Made by a program: the position numbers and the translations under genes
Notes under the pieces: generated by a model
Told to the model about the DNA's origin: nothing
Databases searched by the model: none
What the model saw: only the letters and a program-made list of their open reading frames with translations
Assembly (NCBI GenBank): GCA_965279515.1
Contig: CBDIID010000003.1
Location: forward strand, 3,776,001 to 3,840,000
Length of the DNA stretch: 64,000 bases
Source of the DNA: Turneriella sp.
Lineage (GTDB): Bacteria > Spirochaetota > Leptospiria > Turneriellales > Turneriellaceae
Direction of reading: 5' to 3'
In this document: positions 10,203 to 20,376 of the stretch, piece after piece
Layout: every line of letters begins with the position of its first letter
Numbering within the stretch: the stretch's first letter is position 1

Positions 10203-10583
10203 CTACGATAACCAAACTTGCCCTGCCGTTTCGCCCTGCACAACAATCTCACCCGTATCATTGACGCACTCACAAGACATTGTCAACTTTACGCGCTTGG
10301 CAGTTTTGATCGCGCGCGTGACTATCATGCGACCTAGAATTTCTTCGCCTTCATAGACGGGCTTGATAAATTCCATAGTCATCGTGCGAGCGACATAGTT
10401 CATATCGCCGCCGAGCTTTGTGACAATGCTAGCGACCAGCAAACCTTGCGCAATGACTTTTTTATGCGGATTGGTATGGTGATCGCCATCGTCACCCGTG
10501 AGGCGGGCAAAATCTAAAATATCGTTGCGCGTAAAAATTCGCTTGTATTCATAGCTATCGCCTGCCTTCGGAATGATTTGCAT
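10203..10583 (-). CDS. MaoC/hot-dog fold dehydratase family protein
   Basis: FARLTGD...H...IAQGLLVAS...FIKPVYEGE; start taken at MQIIPK. Confidence 0.75.
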   Translation of the reverse strand: MQIIPKAGDSYEYKRIFTRNDILDFARLTGDDGDHHTNPHKKVIAQGLLVASIVTKLGGDMNYVARTMTMEFIKPVYEGEEILGRMIVTRAIKTAKRVKLTMSCECVNDTGEIVVQGETAGQVWLS

Positions 10584-10585
10584 TG

Positions 10586-11059
10586 CTAGTCCTTCGCGAT
10601 TTTGGCGTCCCAGGAAAAAAAACCTGGGCCGACGAGACAAAGAAACAGCGAGCTTAAGAGTTGCGCATACTCCGATCTAATTTCGTGCAGTACCGCCCAC
10701 GCACCGACCTGCGGCGGCGACGCGGGGAGCGGTAAAGGTGAGGTGCCATAATATAGCGCAATTTTTGTACACAACATCGCAACAACCATTTGAAACATAA
10801 ACCCTATGCCCACAATCCGGGTAAACAACCCCAGTAACAGGCATAGCCCACCCACGATCTCAAACCCACCGACGAACGTTGCTGTCATGTCAGGCCATGG
10901 AAACCCTAGTTTCGTAAAACGGCCGACTCCTTGGTTGAGATAGACGAACTTGAGAATTCCCTCCCAAAGAAACACCCCACCAGCCATTAGCCTAATCCAG
11001 AAAATAGCCTTGGGTCCGTCGACGGGTGGATGTATCAACCACGAATAAATATTTTTCAT
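10586..11059 (-). CDS. DoxX family membrane protein
   Basis: IRLMAGGVFLWEGILK...FEIVGGLCLLLGLFTR...GPGFFSWD. Confidence 0.88.
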   Translation of the reverse strand: MKNIYSWLIHPPVDGPKAIFWIRLMAGGVFLWEGILKFVYLNQGVGRFTKLGFPWPDMTATFVGGFEIVGGLCLLLGLFTRIVGIGFMFQMVVAMLCTKIALYYGTSPLPLPASPPQVGAWAVLHEIRSEYAQLLSSLFLCLVGPGFFSWDAKIAKD

Positions 11060-11092
11060 TTTAACTCCTATTTTTAACTGTTCTACAAGGTT

Positions 11093-11118
11093 GACTCAGT
11101 TCAGGTGCACTTTATTCC
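11093..11118 (-). promoter_or_regulatory. Candidate ECF-sigma promoter for doxX
   Basis: Minus strand GGAATAAA-N15-GTC upstream of doxX, divergent from an ECF sigma gene. Confidence 0.4.
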
Positions 11119-11186
11119 GCGCAATGGGAATTTTTTTAGCATTAGACTGGTCATATCATTAGAGTGAAGGCGAATGGTGTCAAACC

Positions 11187-11708
11187 GTGATATTCAATAA
11201 ATCCGCACGCTTTGAAGAGCTGATTAGACCGCACGTTGATTCGGCCTATAACCTTGCGCGCTATTTAGCGCATAACGACGCAGATGCTGAAGATATTCTA
11301 CAAGAATCCTTGATCAGAGCGTTTCGCTTCTTCGAGACCACGCAGGATTTACGCCCTTGGTTCTTGAAAATTGCGCGCAATTGTGCCTATAGTTGGCTGA
11401 AAAAGCAAAATCGCTATCAAGAGATGACCGATGACGAGATGAATTCCCTCGTCGACGAACAACCTATTGCTGAGGCGCAGTGGTTAAAAGAGATTACGGT
11501 TTTTGAAGTTCGTGAAAATATTCTGAAACTTAAAGCACAATTTCAAGAAGTTTTGGTCTTGCGCGAACTTGAGCAACTGTCCTACGCGGAGATTTCATTT
11601 ATCACAGGCATAGCGCAAGGGACCGTAATGTCTCGCCTTGCGCGCGCGCGAAAAAAGTTTCGGGAATTTTACGAACAGGCTCAGAGGGAGGTCTCACGTG
11701 ACAAATGA
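11187..11708 (+). CDS. ECF sigma-70 factor
   Basis: DAEDILQE, PWFLKIARN, LSYAEI...GTVMSRLARAR. Confidence 0.93.
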   Translation: MIFNKSARFEELIRPHVDSAYNLARYLAHNDADAEDILQESLIRAFRFFETTQDLRPWFLKIARNCAYSWLKKQNRYQEMTDDEMNSLVDEQPIAEAQWLKEITVFEVRENILKLKAQFQEVLVLRELEQLSYAEISFITGIAQGTVMSRLARARKKFREFYEQAQREVSRDK

Positions 11709-12318
11709 ACATAAACTAGAAGGCGAATCTGTCTTTGGCGCGAAGCGTAAGTACCTATACTTCAAGCTACCCGATGCACGCCGTGAACGTCTCTTCGCAG
11801 AAATTCGACCCAAATTTGCGGCAAAAACGATTATGGCAATTGCGGCATCGACTCTACTAGCCATGAGCTTTTTTTTCGGGCAAGCCATGTCGACAAAAGA
11901 TGCTCCAGACCAGATCGCCGGTGAAGTTGTGTCTGCACATGTTCACTCGTTGATGGTCGGTCATCTGTCGGATATCGCCTCATCCGACCGACATACCGTA
12001 AAGCCATGGTTTGACGGTAAGTTAGATTTTTCGCCTCAAGTCAAAGATCTGTCCGCCGCAGGATTTCCGCTCGTTGGCGGCCGATTGGATTACATCGGGA
12101 GTCGTTCGGTCGCGGCACTGGTGTACAAGCATCGAAAGCACGTTATCAATTTGATGCAGTGGCCTGTGAGCGAAAGCGACGGAAAACCAACGTTCTCGAC
12201 GCGGCGTGGTTATCAAATGTACACATGGACGGCTTCAGGCATCAAACATTGGTTGATTTCTGATCTGAACGGGGGTGACCTGCAAAAATTTGTAAATTTA
12301 TTGCTGAACAAAAGCTGA
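11698..12318 (+). CDS. Transmembrane anti-sigma factor
   Basis: SSDRHTVKPWFDGKLDFSP...GFPLVGGRLDY; follows the ECF gene; start approximate (GTG). Confidence 0.85.
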   Translation: MTNEHKLEGESVFGAKRKYLYFKLPDARRERLFAEIRPKFAAKTIMAIAASTLLAMSFFFGQAMSTKDAPDQIAGEVVSAHVHSLMVGHLSDIASSDRHTVKPWFDGKLDFSPQVKDLSAAGFPLVGGRLDYIGSRSVAALVYKHRKHVINLMQWPVSESDGKPTFSTRRGYQMYTWTASGIKHWLISDLNGGDLQKFVNLLLNKS

Positions 12319-12347
12319 GATAGTTCGCTTAAAAAACGGTAACGCAT

Positions 12348-12375
12348 TTTAATAGTTGCTGAGGCAACTATTAAA
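12348..12375. promoter_or_regulatory. Palindromic operator TAGTTGC-N4-GCAACTA (site 1)
   Basis: tttaatagttgc-tgag-gcaactattaaa; motif recurs at 14736 and 15245. Confidence 0.7.
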
Positions 12376-12390
12376 TCAAAAGGAGCCCTC

Positions 12391-13488
12391 GTGAAGAATT
12401 TGCTATGGATCTTAGTGTCAGTGAAAATTCTCAGCGTTAGCGAACTTGCTGCGGCTAAGAGAGTGTTGATTCTAGACTTTCACAATACTGACCGCGATGG
12501 AAGCTTAACATATCTCGAAGAATCGCTAACAGCAAGTGTCCGAACTTACCTGCACGAGAAGTACGAATTTTTCGAACCTGATGTTGTGGATGTACGCAAG
12601 CGAGCTGACGCTGATTATTTTATTTTTCCGGACGATTTACACAATAAAAATGTCGCGCTGCATCTGGGGCTTGCCATGGGTCAAGATATCGTTTTGAGCG
12701 GTGCATTTAAACGAAAAATTGAATCTTCGGGGCGAAATCTCATCATCGTAGATATCATGTTATTGAATGTTGAAAAGCGCACACTTGTTAAACAATTTGT
12801 GAGCGAACTCTATATAGATAGCAATATCTTCAAATCTATCGAGCTCGTATCCCGCCGCGTGGTAAAAGAATCGCAAGAGATTTTGCCCAATAAGAGCGAA
12901 TTTGAATTTGATATACATTCTCCTCTATCACAAAATCAATTGGCATTGTTTAGCGGCTATAATCTTAACTCCCTTTTTCCAGCCTTGCAAAAAAATGCGA
13001 CAATCGAAAATAAATCTCGGGTGGTAGTTGCTGATCTCGGTGGGCCATTTCTTTCACTGGAATTCAGGCGGGATCGATTTTTTAAGCTAGCACGATTGAT
13101 AGGTTATGGCCGTCTCGACGGGCAATTCTTTTTGAGTGATTTGGCCATCCAAGATTCAGCAAATCGCGCCAAAATACAGGGCTTAGGCTTTTCTGCCGAA
13201 CTCGGTCTAGGCTACAATTTGTTTCGCTACAAAAAGCTAAATCTCTATTTTCTGGGTGGAGTCGGTTTTGCATACGCAAAAGTCAGCCTGGATCTGCAGG
13301 ATACCGGGCAGCCCGATACTGTGACCGGTTCAATTTTTGGCCCAACGGCCAGCACGGGATTGCGTGCAGCGTTTCAAATTTCACCCTCTACTAGCTTTGA
13401 ATGGGGTGTTAGCTACCAAGCTTTATTCTTACAACAATCGTTGGCGGGTAATTTATTAACTTCCATAGGCGTAGGATTCAGACTATGA
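12391..13488 (+). CDS. Exported protein, possible C-terminal beta-barrel
   Basis: Signal peptide; alternating beta-strand pattern ending GVGFRL. Confidence 0.7.
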   Translation: MKNLLWILVSVKILSVSELAAAKRVLILDFHNTDRDGSLTYLEESLTASVRTYLHEKYEFFEPDVVDVRKRADADYFIFPDDLHNKNVALHLGLAMGQDIVLSGAFKRKIESSGRNLIIVDIMLLNVEKRTLVKQFVSELYIDSNIFKSIELVSRRVVKESQEILPNKSEFEFDIHSPLSQNQLALFSGYNLNSLFPALQKNATIENKSRVVVADLGGPFLSLEFRRDRFFKLARLIGYGRLDGQFFLSDLAIQDSANRAKIQGLGFSAELGLGYNLFRYKKLNLYFLGGVGFAYAKVSLDLQDTGQPDTVTGSIFGPTASTGLRAAFQISPSTSFEWGVSYQALFLQQSLAGNLLTSIGVGFRL

Positions 13489-14726
13489 AAACCAAACCAA
13501 ACTCTCTGTTGCTTCTCTCGATCACTTTATTTTTCAGCTGTAGTGGAGGCCTTGAAATCGACACACAGTTCGGCAAAGTTCTGGTTTCCCCGACTACGGG
13601 CCTGACGACAATTGCTGGCGGTGGGACTACAAACTTCTCTTTGGCTCTCGCTCAAAAACCCAAAGCCGATGTGACTATCCGCCTGAATAGTTCTGCTGAA
13701 TCGCTTGGCTACGTCGATAAAAAACGCCTTGTTTTCTCTGCGCAAAATTGGTCGCAGAAGCAAATTGTCACGATCACGGGTACTGACGAAACAATTAGCG
13801 CCAACATTGCTCAAAAGTATAAGATAGTTTTTGCGCCCCTTGAAAGTATAGATGGCAACTACAGCGCGCTACAGATACCAGAGCTTGCAGTGCTGAATTA
13901 TCCCGCTGTCGCTGGCTTTACTCTGAGCGCCACATCGGGGCTTACGACGACAGAAGCGGGTGGTACAGCCACCTTTACGATGCGATTAAATCGACAACCG
14001 ATGGGGAATGTGACGGTCAATCTTAGCTCGAGTAATATTCTTGAAGGCACTATTTTGCCTGCGAGTTTTATTTTCACTAGTGCAAACTGGAATATCGTTA
14101 AGACGGCGACAATTACAGGCATTCCTGACTTAAAACTTGATGGCAATGTTGATTTTAACATAGTTACCACGGTTGCGCTTGGCAGTGATTCTGAATACCT
14201 ATTGCTGAATCCGACGGATTTCAGTGTTACCAATATCGATGTTGATAGTGGCAAATTTCTTTTTGTCACTACGGCTAGTTTCATGGGTACAGGTGGTTTA
14301 ACTACCATGGATATTCGCTGCAATGCAGTCGATGCCGCGCGGCCGACGGTTGGTGGTACGTATCAAGCTGTCTTGGGCGCACTAGACAGCGCAGGTAACG
14401 TCGTACGCAGCGGGGGGCTTTTAGCCAATCAGAGATACTATCGCGGCGTGGATAGCCTCTATGTCGGCATCACGAATGGCTTGGGTCAACTTCAGTTTCC
14501 ATTGACGAATAGCACTTTGGGCGGCTCAGGTATCTACTGGACAGGACTAACCGCAAGCTTTGGCGTGAGTATCGACACCTGTCGAAATGGAGCGGTTGAT
14601 TCTTGGACCGGTGGGCCGTTCAACGGTACTGTTGGCACTGGCACCGTAACCTCATCCGCAGCTGTGGCCACTGGCACTGGCAGTTGCGGTGCTGGAACTG
14701 CGAGGCTTCTCTGCGCACAGCAATGA
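13485..14726 (+). CDS. Lipoprotein with Ig/Calx-beta-like repeats and a DUF1554-like C-terminus
   Basis: FFSC lipobox; two repeats (FSAQNW, FTSANW); FLFVT...C...WTGL...LLCAQQ. Confidence 0.7.
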   Translation: MKTKPNSLLLLSITLFFSCSGGLEIDTQFGKVLVSPTTGLTTIAGGGTTNFSLALAQKPKADVTIRLNSSAESLGYVDKKRLVFSAQNWSQKQIVTITGTDETISANIAQKYKIVFAPLESIDGNYSALQIPELAVLNYPAVAGFTLSATSGLTTTEAGGTATFTMRLNRQPMGNVTVNLSSSNILEGTILPASFIFTSANWNIVKTATITGIPDLKLDGNVDFNIVTTVALGSDSEYLLLNPTDFSVTNIDVDSGKFLFVTTASFMGTGGLTTMDIRCNAVDAARPTVGGTYQAVLGALDSAGNVVRSGGLLANQRYYRGVDSLYVGITNGLGQLQFPLTNSTLGGSGIYWTGLTASFGVSIDTCRNGAVDSWTGGPFNGTVGTGTVTSSAAVATGTGSCGAGTARLLCAQQ

Positions 14727-14735
14727 GAATGCTAA

Positions 14736-14757
14736 ATTGGTTGCCAACGCAACCAAT
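14736..14757. promoter_or_regulatory. Palindromic operator (site 2) upstream of the MarR gene
   Basis: attggttgc-caac-gcaaccaat. Confidence 0.7.
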
Positions 14758-14773
14758 GACTCGTCTTTGGCTC

Positions 14774-15211
14774 ATGCTTAGCCTAGATAAGGCCTATGGA
14801 TTTCATATCGTACGCATTGCACGACTTTTGCGACTGCATTTTTCTAGGTTCGCCGAAAAAAACGGGTTCGATATTTCGCAAGAGCAATGGCTGATCATGA
14901 ATAAATTAGCGCATAACCCTGGTCAATCCCAACTTGAACTCGGCGATGCATTGATACACGACAAACCCAACATCACACGAATTTTGGCCGGCATGGAAAA
15001 GCGCAAGCTCATTCAACGCCGCGTCGACACCAGCGATCGCCGCATTATGCGCGTGAGCCTCAGCGCGCAAGGTAGAAAATTGCATGAAGAATTTTCAGAG
15101 GTCGTCGCCAACGAGCGGCCGAAAATTTACGCAGGTTTAGCTGAGGCAGATTTCATAAATTTGATGAAAGTTCTGTCGCAGCTCGAAACGAACATTAGCC
15201 GCAACATGTAA
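14774..15211 (+). CDS. MarR-family transcriptional regulator
   Basis: ISQEQWLIM...DKPNITRIL..MEKRKLIQR...DRR; start taken at MLSLDK. Confidence 0.9.
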   Translation: MLSLDKAYGFHIVRIARLLRLHFSRFAEKNGFDISQEQWLIMNKLAHNPGQSQLELGDALIHDKPNITRILAGMEKRKLIQRRVDTSDRRIMRVSLSAQGRKLHEEFSEVVANERPKIYAGLAEADFINLMKVLSQLETNISRNM

Positions 15212-15244
15212 TGCGAAGCTTAAAAAAAGGCCTCATAACGGCAA

Positions 15245-15264
15245 ATAGTTGCCTAGGCAACTAT
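15245..15264. promoter_or_regulatory. Palindromic operator (site 3)
   Basis: Perfect 20-bp palindrome atagttgcctaggcaactat. Confidence 0.75.
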
Positions 15265-15271
15265 AAGAAAT

Positions 15272-15733
15272 TTGAAGGAGAAAATGATGAAAAAGAAAAC
15301 GAGAAAATCCATGTTGTTCATGGCATTGACACTGATGACGGGTGTATTTGCTGCACCAGAAAGCGCGGGCACGGTCAAAGAGTTGCGCCGAAAAATCGAA
15401 GCGTTCAAAGACGCCGGTGACGCACGCGACGTGGCGGCGATGAATGCAGTGCTGCACAAAGATTTTCGCTTAATGGCGTTTATCGGCGCCGCGACTGAGG
15501 GCATGGCGATGGATAAGGCGGGCTATGTCGGTGCGCTTACCGCTGGCAAAATCGGCGGAACCAAGCGCGCGCACAAGATTCTATCGCTTGAAGTGCGTGG
15601 CAAACACGCCGCGATTCGCATTCAGATGACGTCGAAAGAATTAAAATTCGACACGTACATGCAATGGGTTCAGACCGTCGATGGTTGGCAGCTCGTGAAC
15701 GATTTAACGCTGGCAGTACCTCAGGCAAAATGA
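15272..15733 (+). CDS. Exported NTF2-like (DUF4440/SnoaL-like) protein
   Basis: Signal peptide; DVAAMNAVLHKDF...DGWQLV. Confidence 0.7.
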   Translation: MKEKMMKKKTRKSMLFMALTLMTGVFAAPESAGTVKELRRKIEAFKDAGDARDVAAMNAVLHKDFRLMAFIGAATEGMAMDKAGYVGALTAGKIGGTKRAHKILSLEVRGKHAAIRIQMTSKELKFDTYMQWVQTVDGWQLVNDLTLAVPQAK

Positions 15734-15734
15734 C

Positions 15735-16232
15735 ATGCGCCGGGTGGTATGGGCAGTTATTATTTCGGGGTGGTGCTTGAGCTCAGCCACCCCGCGCGCA
15801 AATCTCATTCAGGCGCAGGGTATGGAAGTCACTTGGTCGCTTACAAGCGATGAAGTGATCTTTAAGCTGCGCGCCCCGCATACAGGTTGGGTGGCGATTG
15901 GGATTAATGAGTCAGACAACCTCACTGGAACCAATCTGATAATGGCGACAGTTTCCGGCAATGCAGCAAACCTGTCTGACCGCAGCATTATTGCACCCGG
16001 CGACCATCGTAGCGTTGAGACACTCGGCTGTAAATCGCATGTGCGATTAATTTCGGGTAGCGAACAAGCTGGCGCCACGAACATTCAGTTTGCGCTCAAG
16101 CTGCAAAGCAGCGATCGCTACCATTACTCTCTGAGCGCCGGAAAAAAAATCTGGCTACTCATGGCTTATAGTGAAAGCGACGATTTAATGCACCATTCTT
16201 TGTTTAGAACTTCGAAACAAATTATGTTGTAA
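15735..16232 (+). CDS. DOMON domain protein
   Basis: VTW...GWVAIG...D..HHS pattern. Confidence 0.8.
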   Translation: MRRVVWAVIISGWCLSSATPRANLIQAQGMEVTWSLTSDEVIFKLRAPHTGWVAIGINESDNLTGTNLIMATVSGNAANLSDRSIIAPGDHRSVETLGCKSHVRLISGSEQAGATNIQFALKLQSSDRYHYSLSAGKKIWLLMAYSESDDLMHHSLFRTSKQIML

Positions 16233-16268
16233 TGGAAATGGAAATTTGATTTAGGAAAGGAGAAAAAC

Positions 16269-16646
16269 ATGAAAGTAAAAAAAATAATTTGGGCATTGGT
16301 CGCGTTAGCGACATCAGGTATTTGGGCAGACGTAGTGCCTTATTCAAAGGCAGAATTTCTCAAAGCGCAGGAAGATGGCAAATCTGTTGTCATCGACGTC
16401 GCGGCATGGTGGTGCCCGGTTTGCCGCATTCAGAAATCGCGCATCACCTCGCTGATTGAAGATGAAGTGGAATTCAAGAATACCACTGTCTTTGTTGTCA
16501 GTAACGGCGATTCCGAAACGAAGCAAGAATTTGGCGTGAGCAGCAGGGGGACAGTAATTGCCTTTAAAGGCAAAACCGAAAAATCTAGACTGGTGCTCGA
16601 AACCGACAAAGAAAAGCTGCGAGAGCTTTTGCGCTCAGGACTTTGA
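16269..16646 (+). CDS. Exported thioredoxin family protein
   Basis: WCPVC motif, signal peptide. Confidence 0.9.
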   Translation: MKVKKIIWALVALATSGIWADVVPYSKAEFLKAQEDGKSVVIDVAAWWCPVCRIQKSRITSLIEDEVEFKNTTVFVVSNGDSETKQEFGVSSRGTVIAFKGKTEKSRLVLETDKEKLRELLRSGL

Positions 16647-17356
16647 TGCCGTTTGCTCTAACATTCATGGCTGGTGCCATCGGCACCCTGTCACCGTGTG
16701 TTCTGCCCGTGCTGCCCATCGTTATGGGTAGCACGCGGCAGTCAGGGCCCTTGGGCCCCGTTGTGCTAGCGGCAGGAATGATTTTTTCATTCACCCTTGT
16801 CGGCTTTAGCGTCGCGAGTTTTGGCTATAAAGTTGGCATAACGCAAGAGACGATTAGCTCTGTTGCTGCAGTGATGCTGCTCATTTTTGGCCTAGTGATG
16901 TTTTCGAGTAGCTTGGCGGATTTTTTGACGAAACTGCTGCGTCGTTTCTCTGAGCGGTTTGCCAACGTCTCGGCGAAATCAGACAAAAAAACTTATGCCG
17001 GTCAGTTTTTTACCGGTATCTTACTCGGCGGCATTTGGAGTCCTTGTACGGGCCCGACCCTCGGCGTTGCCATATCACTTGCTGCTTCGCAAAAAGATTT
17101 ACTCCGTTCTTTTTTTCTAATGGCAACGTATGGCGTAGGTTCCGCGCTACCGCTGATGCTGGTTGCATATTTTTCACGCCAGTTTTCGTCCAGACGAGAA
17201 CGCATTGGCAATCTTGCCGCTTCGAGTAAGAAAGTTTTCGCGATCATTCTCATTATTGCCGGATTATTGATGGTGACACATTTAGATAAAGTGCTAGAGG
17301 GCTTCTTGCTGGATATTCTACCCGAATCATTCATGAACTTTCTCACGAAGTACTGA
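16643..17356 (+). CDS. ccdA: Cytochrome c biogenesis CcdA-family protein
   Basis: LSPCVLPVLP and WSPCTGP motifs. Confidence 0.88.
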   Translation: MMPFALTFMAGAIGTLSPCVLPVLPIVMGSTRQSGPLGPVVLAAGMIFSFTLVGFSVASFGYKVGITQETISSVAAVMLLIFGLVMFSSSLADFLTKLLRRFSERFANVSAKSDKKTYAGQFFTGILLGGIWSPCTGPTLGVAISLAASQKDLLRSFFLMATYGVGSALPLMLVAYFSRQFSSRRERIGNLAASSKKVFAIILIIAGLLMVTHLDKVLEGFLLDILPESFMNFLTKY

Positions 17357-17841
17357 TGCAAGTTTTTTGGAAATTTTTATTCCTGAGTACGCTTATTCTA
17401 GGCACTTCTTCCTGTAATGCTCCACGGAAAAACTTGAAACAGATAACCATGATTAATCCACCGAATGTCTACGCCACGTATGACCGCGGCTTTTCTCAAG
17501 GCGTGCGCGCTCACGTGAGCGAGATTATTTTTCTTTCAGGTATAGTCGGCTGGCAGGAGAATCGAAAGCTCAAAGATCAGGACGATTTTACATCGCAAAC
17601 GCAACAGGCGTTTAGAAACATAATGAGCATTCTGGCCCATGAAAACTTGTCGGAAAATTCGATACTGCACCTACGTTATTTCGTCGTGAATCTGTCACCT
17701 GAGCGAGTACAACGGGTGGCGCAGGCGATGGCTGCGATCTTTAAGTTCGATTATAAACCTGCCACGACCATCGTCGGCGTATCCGCCTTAGCGCGACCTG
17801 ACCTATTGATAGAGATCGAAGTGACAGCAGTGGCAAAGTAA
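17356..17841 (+). CDS. RidA/YjgF family protein
   Basis: IFLSG...Q..QAF.NI...PATTIVGVSAL...LIEIE. Confidence 0.85.
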   Translation: MQVFWKFLFLSTLILGTSSCNAPRKNLKQITMINPPNVYATYDRGFSQGVRAHVSEIIFLSGIVGWQENRKLKDQDDFTSQTQQAFRNIMSILAHENLSENSILHLRYFVVNLSPERVQRVAQAMAAIFKFDYKPATTIVGVSALARPDLLIEIEVTAVAK

Positions 17842-17875
17842 AAAAAATAGTTCTTTAAGGCCATATTTAACTTCT

Positions 17876-17980
17876 CATAATCAGTATTCCGACCGATGAC
17901 CTCACTCTGAAACGGGCTTTACACCTGAGAGATAATGGGTTCTGTAGGCCAAGTTGGGAGTAATTTCCTGCATGTTTAAT
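17876..17980. repeat. Scaffold module M, right copy of cassette 10
   Basis: Diverged direct repeat of 9148-9250; preceded by aaatagttctttaagg. Confidence 0.8.
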
Positions 17981-18042
17981 GCCGAACACGTTGCATCGCC
18001 GACACGAGGTCGGCGAATAACAAAGGCGCAATTATTTCAGAC

Positions 18043-18250
18043 AACGTGGATTTTACGCTGACGTTTTTTGACGCCAGTGTCATTTATTCAATCTGTAAAG
18101 CCGATTCGCGTCAAAAAATGTGGTCGTAGCGGCTCGCAGTGGCGCGCAAAAGCAAGCGTCCCGCTTGCGCGACATCTGCGATCTTTGCCGCGGAGACCCG
18201 AGCACGCGAGGAGCTACGGCACCGCAGCGGCGCAGCGCGTAAAATTTGTT
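18043..18250 (-). repeat. attC-like element E10
   Basis: E7-type arms with an E9-type second hairpin. Confidence 0.88.
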
Positions 18251-18312
18251 GTCTGAAGTAATTGCGCCTGTGAGCCCTGGCAAGGAGGCCAGGGCGACGG
18301 CAGATAAATGCT

Positions 18313-18407
18313 CATAACTTGTCATTTTGTCACCTTCAAAAACAGGCTTTACACCCGAGAGATTCGGGATTCTGTAGGCCTTAGTGGGGAGTAATTTCCT
18401 ACATATT
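18313..18407. repeat. Scaffold module M, left copy of cassette 11
   Basis: 95/95 identical to 23611-23705 by direct comparison. Confidence 0.95.
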
Positions 18408-18625
18408 AATATAAATCCCGCGTGGGCAGGCGTAGCGCATTAATGGTCACCTTGACTTGAGACGGGAATATGAATTATCGCACCGAGAAACAGACCCCGC
18501 GATCTGTCACTGCGCACAACAGAATTTAGGATTCTGCACCAGAATACCAGTCGGATTCGAGGATTGCGCTGCGGAAAAATGATTCGTCCGGAGCAGCGTA
18601 ATCGGGCTTTACAGACGCCACGCGC

Positions 18626-20236
18626 TTGTTGAGGTTGTTGACCCCCGTATCTATCATGCTGCTCCGATCAATGAGTATCATATTTCTCCTCGGCGTTGCG
18701 CCGGTTTTTTCCGCAGACTTAAGGCTTGAAATACCGCAACCCTATGATTTGGGTAAATTTTGCGCGTATACGCTCCTACCGAATGCAGCGGCGAACGTTG
18801 AAGAGGTTCTGACACTACCCACAGCGCAGTGGAAGCCAATACATTCCAGCGTGATTTCCCTGGGGGTAAACCCCAGTATCGTATGGCTACGTTGCCGCCT
18901 CGTCAATCAATCCGTTGAGCAAAATTGGTCATTGGTTTCGCAATACAATTTTGGCCGAAGCATCGAAGCATTTTTCGTGACCGGACGGGAAAAAATGCCA
19001 CAGGCGGCGCAACTACAGCCAAATACCAAATCGTTCTGGCAGCGCAACGACGCCTTCGCGCTACCGACCAAAAGCGCGCAGCCAATCGAAATAGTGCTGC
19101 GCTACGAATCTGATTTAGCGAAAGTAATGTATTTTCAGGTGATGCCTGAACGGCTGCTCACCGGACAGGAAAATCAGGAGAGCGCATTTTTTCTTGTCTT
19201 TACCGCCGTTTTAATCTTGTTCATACTGCTGAATCTGTTGCTCGCGGTAAGCCTTAAATCCGTTATTCCGGTATTGTATTCGCTTAGCATGCTGACCTAC
19301 TACCTGTACCAAATTATCCAGCTGGGTTTCGGTCCCGTGCTATTTTATCCTGACCGGCCTGCCATAAACGGAAACATGGTAAGCATTTCAGCGGGCATCT
19401 CCATAATTTTTTATCAATTATTTTTCCAGCGTCTGTTACAGTTCAAGACGCTCGTTCCGCGATTGAATCTTGTGATGAATGTAATAAGCGTCGTTTCTGG
19501 CGTGTATATTTTTGCCACTGCTTTCACGCTTCTGCCTATTGGTATTTTGCAAAAAATCGGCCGGCTTTTGTTTTTCACAGCGGCAATGGTTGTCTTTTCT
19601 GCGGGATGGATTGTTTACCGCAAGCGCTTCAGGCCAGCTATATATTCGATCTACGGTTACGCTGTGATCTTGCTCTGCCAGAGCTTCTATTTTGCTGTGA
19701 TGTCGGGCTTTATCGATTTTGGCGGTTATTTCGTGAAAATAATTCTACCCTTGGGTCAAACGGTCGAGTATCTGTTTTTCTTTACCACGTTGTCTCTGCG
19801 CCTTAGGGACAAGGCGCAAATCAACCGCCTACGCCAAATTACCGAAGACGAAGAAATAACCCGCGATCTGCAAACCGATGAAAAACTAAGGTTATCCGAA
19901 GACAAGGCTGCCAAAGTGAGCGACGAATTACGCGAAATTTTCACGCGGGAAAAAATTTTCTGTGACGAAGACCTTTCGCTCGATCGTCTTTCTGCCATGC
20001 TGCATATTACACGGCATGAATTATCCGATCTATTGAGCAAGCGGTTTGGCACAAATTTCTACGATTTTATCAACCGGTATCGGGTTGAAGAGGCGCAGAG
20101 ACTGTTACGCGAAAATCCAGAAGAAAAAATACTGGATATCGCCATGGCGGTTGGCTTCAACAGTAAGTCGACGTTCAATAAGGAATTCAAAAGAGTCACG
20201 GGAAAAACGCCTAAGGCAACGCGGAATCCGTCCTAA
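18626..20236 (+). CDS. 7TM-DISM sensor with C-terminal AraC HTH
   Basis: Extracellular N-domain, about 7 TM segments, FYDFINRYRVEEA...VGFNSKSTFN. Confidence 0.88.
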   Translation: MLRLLTPVSIMLLRSMSIIFLLGVAPVFSADLRLEIPQPYDLGKFCAYTLLPNAAANVEEVLTLPTAQWKPIHSSVISLGVNPSIVWLRCRLVNQSVEQNWSLVSQYNFGRSIEAFFVTGREKMPQAAQLQPNTKSFWQRNDAFALPTKSAQPIEIVLRYESDLAKVMYFQVMPERLLTGQENQESAFFLVFTAVLILFILLNLLLAVSLKSVIPVLYSLSMLTYYLYQIIQLGFGPVLFYPDRPAINGNMVSISAGISIIFYQLFFQRLLQFKTLVPRLNLVMNVISVVSGVYIFATAFTLLPIGILQKIGRLLFFTAAMVVFSAGWIVYRKRFRPAIYSIYGYAVILLCQSFYFAVMSGFIDFGGYFVKIILPLGQTVEYLFFFTTLSLRLRDKAQINRLRQITEDEEITRDLQTDEKLRLSEDKAAKVSDELREIFTREKIFCDEDLSLDRLSAMLHITRHELSDLLSKRFGTNFYDFINRYRVEEAQRLLRENPEEKILDIAMAVGFNSKSTFNKEFKRVTGKTPKATRNPS

Positions 20237-20376
20237 GGGCATTCTCTGCCTGCGCTCTGCCCACGGCGGCGGTTTGTGATGAAAAAAAAGAGCCTCCCTA
20301 CGTCCGACTGGAACCAAACGGTCGAAATCCGCCGGATTCTGCTGTATTAGATGAGCACCAAAAAACAGGAGAATCT

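Noticed and set aside
9083..18045. Large cassettes as IS-bounded composite transposons
   Set aside because: There is no transposase and no target-site duplication, and the same TIR rule applies to every cassette.
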